Assembly (NCBI RefSeq): GCF_009914755.1
Contig: NC_060940.1
Direction: 5' to 3' (one strand)
DNA length: 64,000 nucleotides
Source: the human T2T-CHM13v2.0 reference genome, Homo sapiens
The translations under genes and the position numbers were made by a program. Within the stretch, counting starts at the first letter, position 1; each line of letters starts with the position of its first letter. Below are positions 58,671 through 64,000 of this stretch, in pieces. The notes under the pieces are model-generated. The model searched no databases. It saw nothing but the letters and a program-made list of their open reading frames with translations, and was not told the DNA's origin.

Positions 58671-59273
58671 ATGTCTTTATCAATAATTTACAGCACATAT
58701 TTTCTAAGTATTACTCATCAGTCTGTGCTGGGGGTTGGAGCTACATTTGTGAACATGACAGACCCAGTCGCTGCTGTCATGCAGCTAATATCAAGCAGAA
58801 AATTCAGACATGAATATAGCCCAAGTGGTTATTTTATGAGAATAGTGACAAGCCTTCCTGACATCACATGCTGGATACTATGAGGACACCTTAGTCCAGG
58901 TTGTGAGAAAAGGCTTCCTAAGGAGGAGACATGAAAGCTCAGCCTAAAGAATAAGAAATAGTGGGCAGCAGAATGGCATGTGTGAAGCTCTTGAGGTCGG
59001 AAGCAATTTGGCCATCCCCAAAGCTGGAGTGTGTGGTGAGCTGTGGAGGTGGTGGGAGGTAAGACCAGAAACATAGACAGAGCTGGTGACACCAGCTGGG
59101 GGGCCTGGGGAGGGAGAGGAGGCACTGCAGGTGGGGACTGAGTGAACTCAGCTGGGGGAGGGAGGAGAGGGCCAGGTCACCAGGCTTCATTTGGCAGTTC
59201 CTGGTGAGCCACGGGGGGGCATTAGAGCAGGAATAGATACATCTACCCTAACAGAGCTGTGTTCTTTTCACAG

Positions 59274-59332
59274 AAGGTGACTCAAAGAATGTGGCAGAAC
59301 CTGGAAGGGGACAACAGAAGCACTTTCAGTAA
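59274..59332 (+). CDS. WFDC1: WFDC1 exon 6 coding part (exon continues to 59347)
   Basis: ttcttttcacag|AAGGT; encodes EGDSKNVAEPGRGQQKHFQ then TAA (59330-59332); donor CAG|gtgagt at 59348. Confidence 0.95.
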
Positions 59333-59485
59333 AGCAACGGCAAGCAGGTGAGTGGGCAGAGAGCAAGAGTCATGGCCAGGGTAAATGTGGGCAGCCAGTG
59401 TCCTGGCAGCTTTCACCACCAGGTTGAGGAGCAGGAGGGTGAGAGTAACGCTTTCCCTACTGGTAGAATTTGAAATTCCCTTCTG

Positions 59486-60009
<524 letters not shown>

Positions 60010-61052
60010 CAATTTCAAGGCAGGAACGTAGGAGAACTTTGTGTGTGATCAGAAGCAGAAGCAATTCTGTATCCCTCTGAATCAAAAATCCAAGACCAGA
60101 CTAGGTCGCAACTTTCCTTTCCATTCCTTTGCCTTGATGTCTCCAGGAAGTCTTGTCTATCTCTTCTCATTTCTGTCAAACAATTCTGTTGGGTGCCAAC
60201 TATCTGATAGTCATGGTTCCAGCCTCTTGGTTGCTCAGCGGTAGTTCATGCCAGGGTGGTAAGGTGAACAAATCCCACAGAGCCGCTGCCCTCAGGGAGG
60301 CCACATCCTGGCAGGGGAGGGCTACACAAGCCAACAGATCAATCAATACAAAGACAGGTGTGGTGAAGAAGTGAACAGGCAATGTGGGGCAGAGTCCCTG
60401 GGCAGGAGCAGAGCCTGGGGCAGGGGCTGCTTTGTTTGGGGTTAGGGAAGGCCCTGTGGGGGTTGAAGTCTGAGCCAAGATCCAAGGTGAGAAGGTGCTG
60501 CTTGGGGAGGGTCTGGAGGATAGGCGCCCAGGTGGAGGGAGTTGGAAGAGTGAAAGTACTGAGGCAGGAGGGACGCTGGCTTTGGGGAGCCAAAGAAGGC
60601 CCCTGGGGTAGACGCAGGAAGGTGGCAGGGAGGCTGACTCCAGAGGAGGCCGCAGGTGAGGCACAGGCTTGCCCTCACGTGCCCTCAAAGGTGAGGCATA
60701 GGTGCATGCAAAGGGCTGTGGAGTTGCAGCCCTAAACCTGAAAATCTACCCAGCTCCTGTGAATGCTGGATAGCCACAGAGGGCAAAAAGGAGCCCCTAA
60801 AAGCAGGTGACAGCCTCCCAGGACGTCGCTGAAACGCAAATGTCAGATTGCAGGTTCCAGAATCCTCCCGGAAAATCTGGAGCCCGTAGGGACTGATGCC
60901 AGCACGTCTGTTACCTGCTGATGACAGGAGCCGTCCCTGGAGTAGGTCAGATGCAGCTGAGGACTGAGCTTCTAACAGGGAAGAAGGAGGCCAGTGGATG
61001 AGGACGAGACCTTGGGAGGCAGTTGAGGATGGCAGTTTGGAAGTTGAGGCTT

Positions 61053-61360
61053 TTGGGTGGGCGCAGCAGCTCCCGCCTGTAATTTCAACATTTTGGGAGA
61101 CCGAAGCAGGCATATGGTATAATCCCAGGAGTTCAAGCCCAGCCTGGCCTGGCCAACATGGTGAAACCCTATCTCTACAAAAAAAATACAAAACTACCCA
61201 GGCATGGTGGTGTGCGCCTGTGGTCCCAGCTACTTGGGAGGCTGTGGTGGGAGGATCACCTGAGCCTAGGGAGGTTAAGGCTGCAGTGAGCCATGTTTGC
61301 ACCATTGCACTCCAGCCTGGGTGACAGAGTGAGACCCTGTTTCAAGAAAAAAAAAAAAAA
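61053..61360 (+). mobile_element. Alu (J-type)
   Basis: Diverged dimer with poly(A). Confidence 0.9.
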
Positions 61361-61715
61361 GTACAGCCTTTGGAGCAAGCTAGGTCTGGGTTTAAATTCT
61401 TGTTCCAGCACTGTGGATTTAGTAAATAATTTCGGCTCTCCAAGCCTCAGCCTCCTCATCTATAAAATGGAACTGATGGTAGGGGAGGAGTTAGGAACTA
61501 AATAAGATGATGCCGTGAAGACGTCACAGTGAGTTCAGAATTGGGTCTTCTCAGAAAGGGGCATCTTCCTGGTGTTTCTGATGGTGGCGGTGGCGGCGGG
61601 GAGACGAAAGATTTGTGACTCTGTGGTCTGCCCTGCAGTGGTTCACCCTGACCCTTCTTTGTCTCTGGTCTGCCCTGCAGCGGTTCACCCTGATCCTTCT
61701 TTGCTTGCTTTCCAG

Positions 61716-62245
61716 CTAGGTTGCAAGAACATTCCTCTACTTTCTGCTAAGCCTTGGAAACAGTTGGGAAAAGTAGTTTGACCCTCACAGTTCACATTCA
61801 GCTCAGCAGAGCAAGACCCCAGAGATGCTTAGAGACAGGACACCTGGCCATCAAACCCAGTTTGGCCCAGCCTGGTTGGGTGACTTTGTGGGAGCCACTT
61901 AACAGCTCTGGGTCCCTGTTTTACCATCCTGGGAGCAAGGCCCTGCAGCTCCACGAGACCTTTACCCCGGGAAGAAGCCGCCGCCCATGAAAGCATTTCT
62001 GAAGCCCCTTTCTAAGACAAGGCTCAGCATCTTGATATTTTTGACAGATTCCTCCCAAGTCTGGCTCTGGGAGGTATGTACCCATCTCAAATGTTCCCAA
62101 GATAAATTCATCCTTCAGGAAATGGAAATGAACTTGCTTACTAATGTGTGATTCCTAGTTGTAGCCACCGGATGTGCTGAGGCCTAAATGTTAGCAGGTG
62201 GGAGGAGGCCACAGAACAATAAAAACAACCAAATAAGATGCCGAG
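61716..62245 (+). other. WFDC1: WFDC1 exon 7 (3' UTR only)
   Basis: Acceptor ccttctttgcttgctttccag|CTAGG, then unique sequence ending at AATAAA with a downstream GT-rich element. The 3' end is approximate. Confidence 0.8.
62218..62223 (+). terminator. Polyadenylation signal AATAAA of WFDC1
   Basis: Canonical hexamer followed ~30 nt later by GTGTTTTGTG (GU-rich downstream element). Confidence 0.8.
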
Positions 62246-64000
62246 TCTCTGGTGTTTTGTGATACTTTGTCACTGTTTAATTCATGGGCGGGAAGCAGCG
62301 TGGGTATTGCTGGGATGAGGTGTCAGCTAGGCTCTGCTCCTGGAACCCTGTGTTAGCATAGAGCCCCTGAAGCAGACCTTGGGAGGGGGATTTGTTGAAA
62401 GTGATTCATTAGGGCGGTTCCTGGGAAAAACCGGCATGAGAGTGGGGAAGCGGAACAGGAGGAGACAGTCAGACGAGGGAGAGGTGACGAGGGCCCATGG
62501 AGGGCACCTTTGCTGCAATCCCTCTGGGGGTCTTGGAGGAAGCCTGAGTCCCACCAGGGCTGGCTCCAGGGCTGTGCATCCAGAAGGACCCTATGCTTGG
62601 TTTAATGATCTGCTGTCACCATTTAAAAACTCTTAGTCATTGTTGAACAAGGGGCCTGCTTGTTCATTTTGCAAATGATGTCGGTAGCCCTGAGCCACAC
62701 TGTGGAGTCGGTCCCACTGGGGCTGGACAGCGGAACCCGAGTATGCGTAACGCTTCCAGCACCCATCAGTGGGTGGCGAGGCTGCCCCTCCCCCTAAGAG
62801 AGGAGGCAGCCCACCTGCTGCCAGGGAGGGAGAGGCACAAAGGCACCCAAGGGGACATCGGCAGAGCCCCTGGGGCACCCCGGGGCTCTCCCATTAAATC
62901 ATGGGTGCCCCACCTGTGCTAGACGGCTTGCTCGCACTGGCCTGGGGTTGGCTGAAGTCCCCAGGGCTCATCAGAGCTGAGGACAGAGGCCCTAAGGGAC
63001 TGTGCACCCCCAGCTAGCCACATACAGTGGAAGCAAATAATTACAAGCAGCAGAGACTCCAGGGGGCCTGGCAACGTCTGTGCATCTCTCAGATGAGGAA
63101 ACTGTGGATCTTGGAGATCTGAAAGGACCCACCCAAAGCTGTGAAGTCAGTAAGAGCCAAAACCAGGATTCCGAGCAGGCAGTCCCACCCCACACTCAGG
63201 CTCCAGACAGCCTGCTCTTCTGCTAGCCTGGCCTGTCGGAGCTGACTCCCTCCCGCCACTGAGGTGTAGAAGGGACGCCTGACAGTGTGCCATCCTGCGG
63301 AGGACTCTGGAGTGGAAGGGACTGGGCTGAGCTCATCCCTACTCCCTGGAGGGCTGCTCACTAGATGGGGTGGAGACACTAGAGCCTGTTCAGCCTGAGT
63401 TCCAATCCTGGGCAAGGCACTTGCCCTCTCAGAGCCTCAGTCTCCTCTTCTCTGAACTGGGTGTAATAAAAGTAGCTGGCTTTCAGAGTTCCTGTAGATA
63501 TTGCGTGAGATGCTACATAGTAAGTGCTGAGCACACAGGGATGGTTATAATTATTATCATTAGCCGGGCACAATGCACACTAATTCTCTTAATACAAAAC
63601 CTCGTGAAAAGAGTATGAACATCCGCATTTTCCAGCTGTAGAAATTCAGCCTCAGAGAAGTTAAGCAAGTTGCCTAGGCTCAAAAAGAAAGCAAATGACA
63701 GAGATGGGCTTTGAGCCCAGAGCTTCTGATGCCCAAGACTAGACAGGCTGGTCCTACCTTGTGTTGAGTCCCAACCACCAGCTGGGCGGCCCTCACAGGT
63801 TACTGAACATGCCTCAGCCTCAGGGTCCACATTTCTAAAGTGTCAACGAGAACTCCAACCTCATTATGATTATTACTGTGAACTCAGTCACGATCATATG
63901 AATGGGACTGGACTGTCAAGATGCAAATACCAAGGCAGGAAGGTGGTCGTATACTGCCAAGTGGTCAAAAATAAGACCTGCTTTCTGCTTTCAAGGAGCC

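Noticed and set aside
57173-58883. Longest ORFs in the track (308, 273, 152 and 147 aa; HPSI-rich)
   Set aside because: Translations of G-poor (TCCA)n repeats that rarely contain stop codons, partly starting in an Alu.

Overview
Primate, most likely human, genomic DNA. It holds one complete protein-coding gene on the + strand, WFDC1 (ps20, WAP four-disulfide core domain 1; human 16q24.1 from prior knowledge). I assembled it by hand from six coding exons: 27372-27515, 45368-45560, 50670-50753, 51823-51963, 56813-56854 and 59274-59332. These total 663 nt (220 aa plus TAA) and all introns are GT-AG. A non-coding last exon runs from 61716 to about 62245, with AATAAA at 62218. The first ~27 kb is intergenic. 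The window is dense in Alu, MIR, L1, L2, MLT1 LTR and DNA-transposon fossils, and also has (TCCA)n tracts and a 19-copy 18-bp minisatellite. Nearly all ORFs in the supplied track are repeat-derived or chance ORFs. I found no prokaryotic features, CRISPR array or RNA gene, and no evidence for a new multi-gene system. The best leads are: upstream ATGs and a cryptic acceptor in the WFDC1 5' region; a run of in-frame skippable exons with tandem acceptors; 40-42 bp duplications at two acceptors; a tail-less inverted L1 copy; abutting inverted Alu halves; and a K50-homeodomain site cluster in intron 1. Repeat family names come from remembered consensus sequences and their boundaries are approximate.
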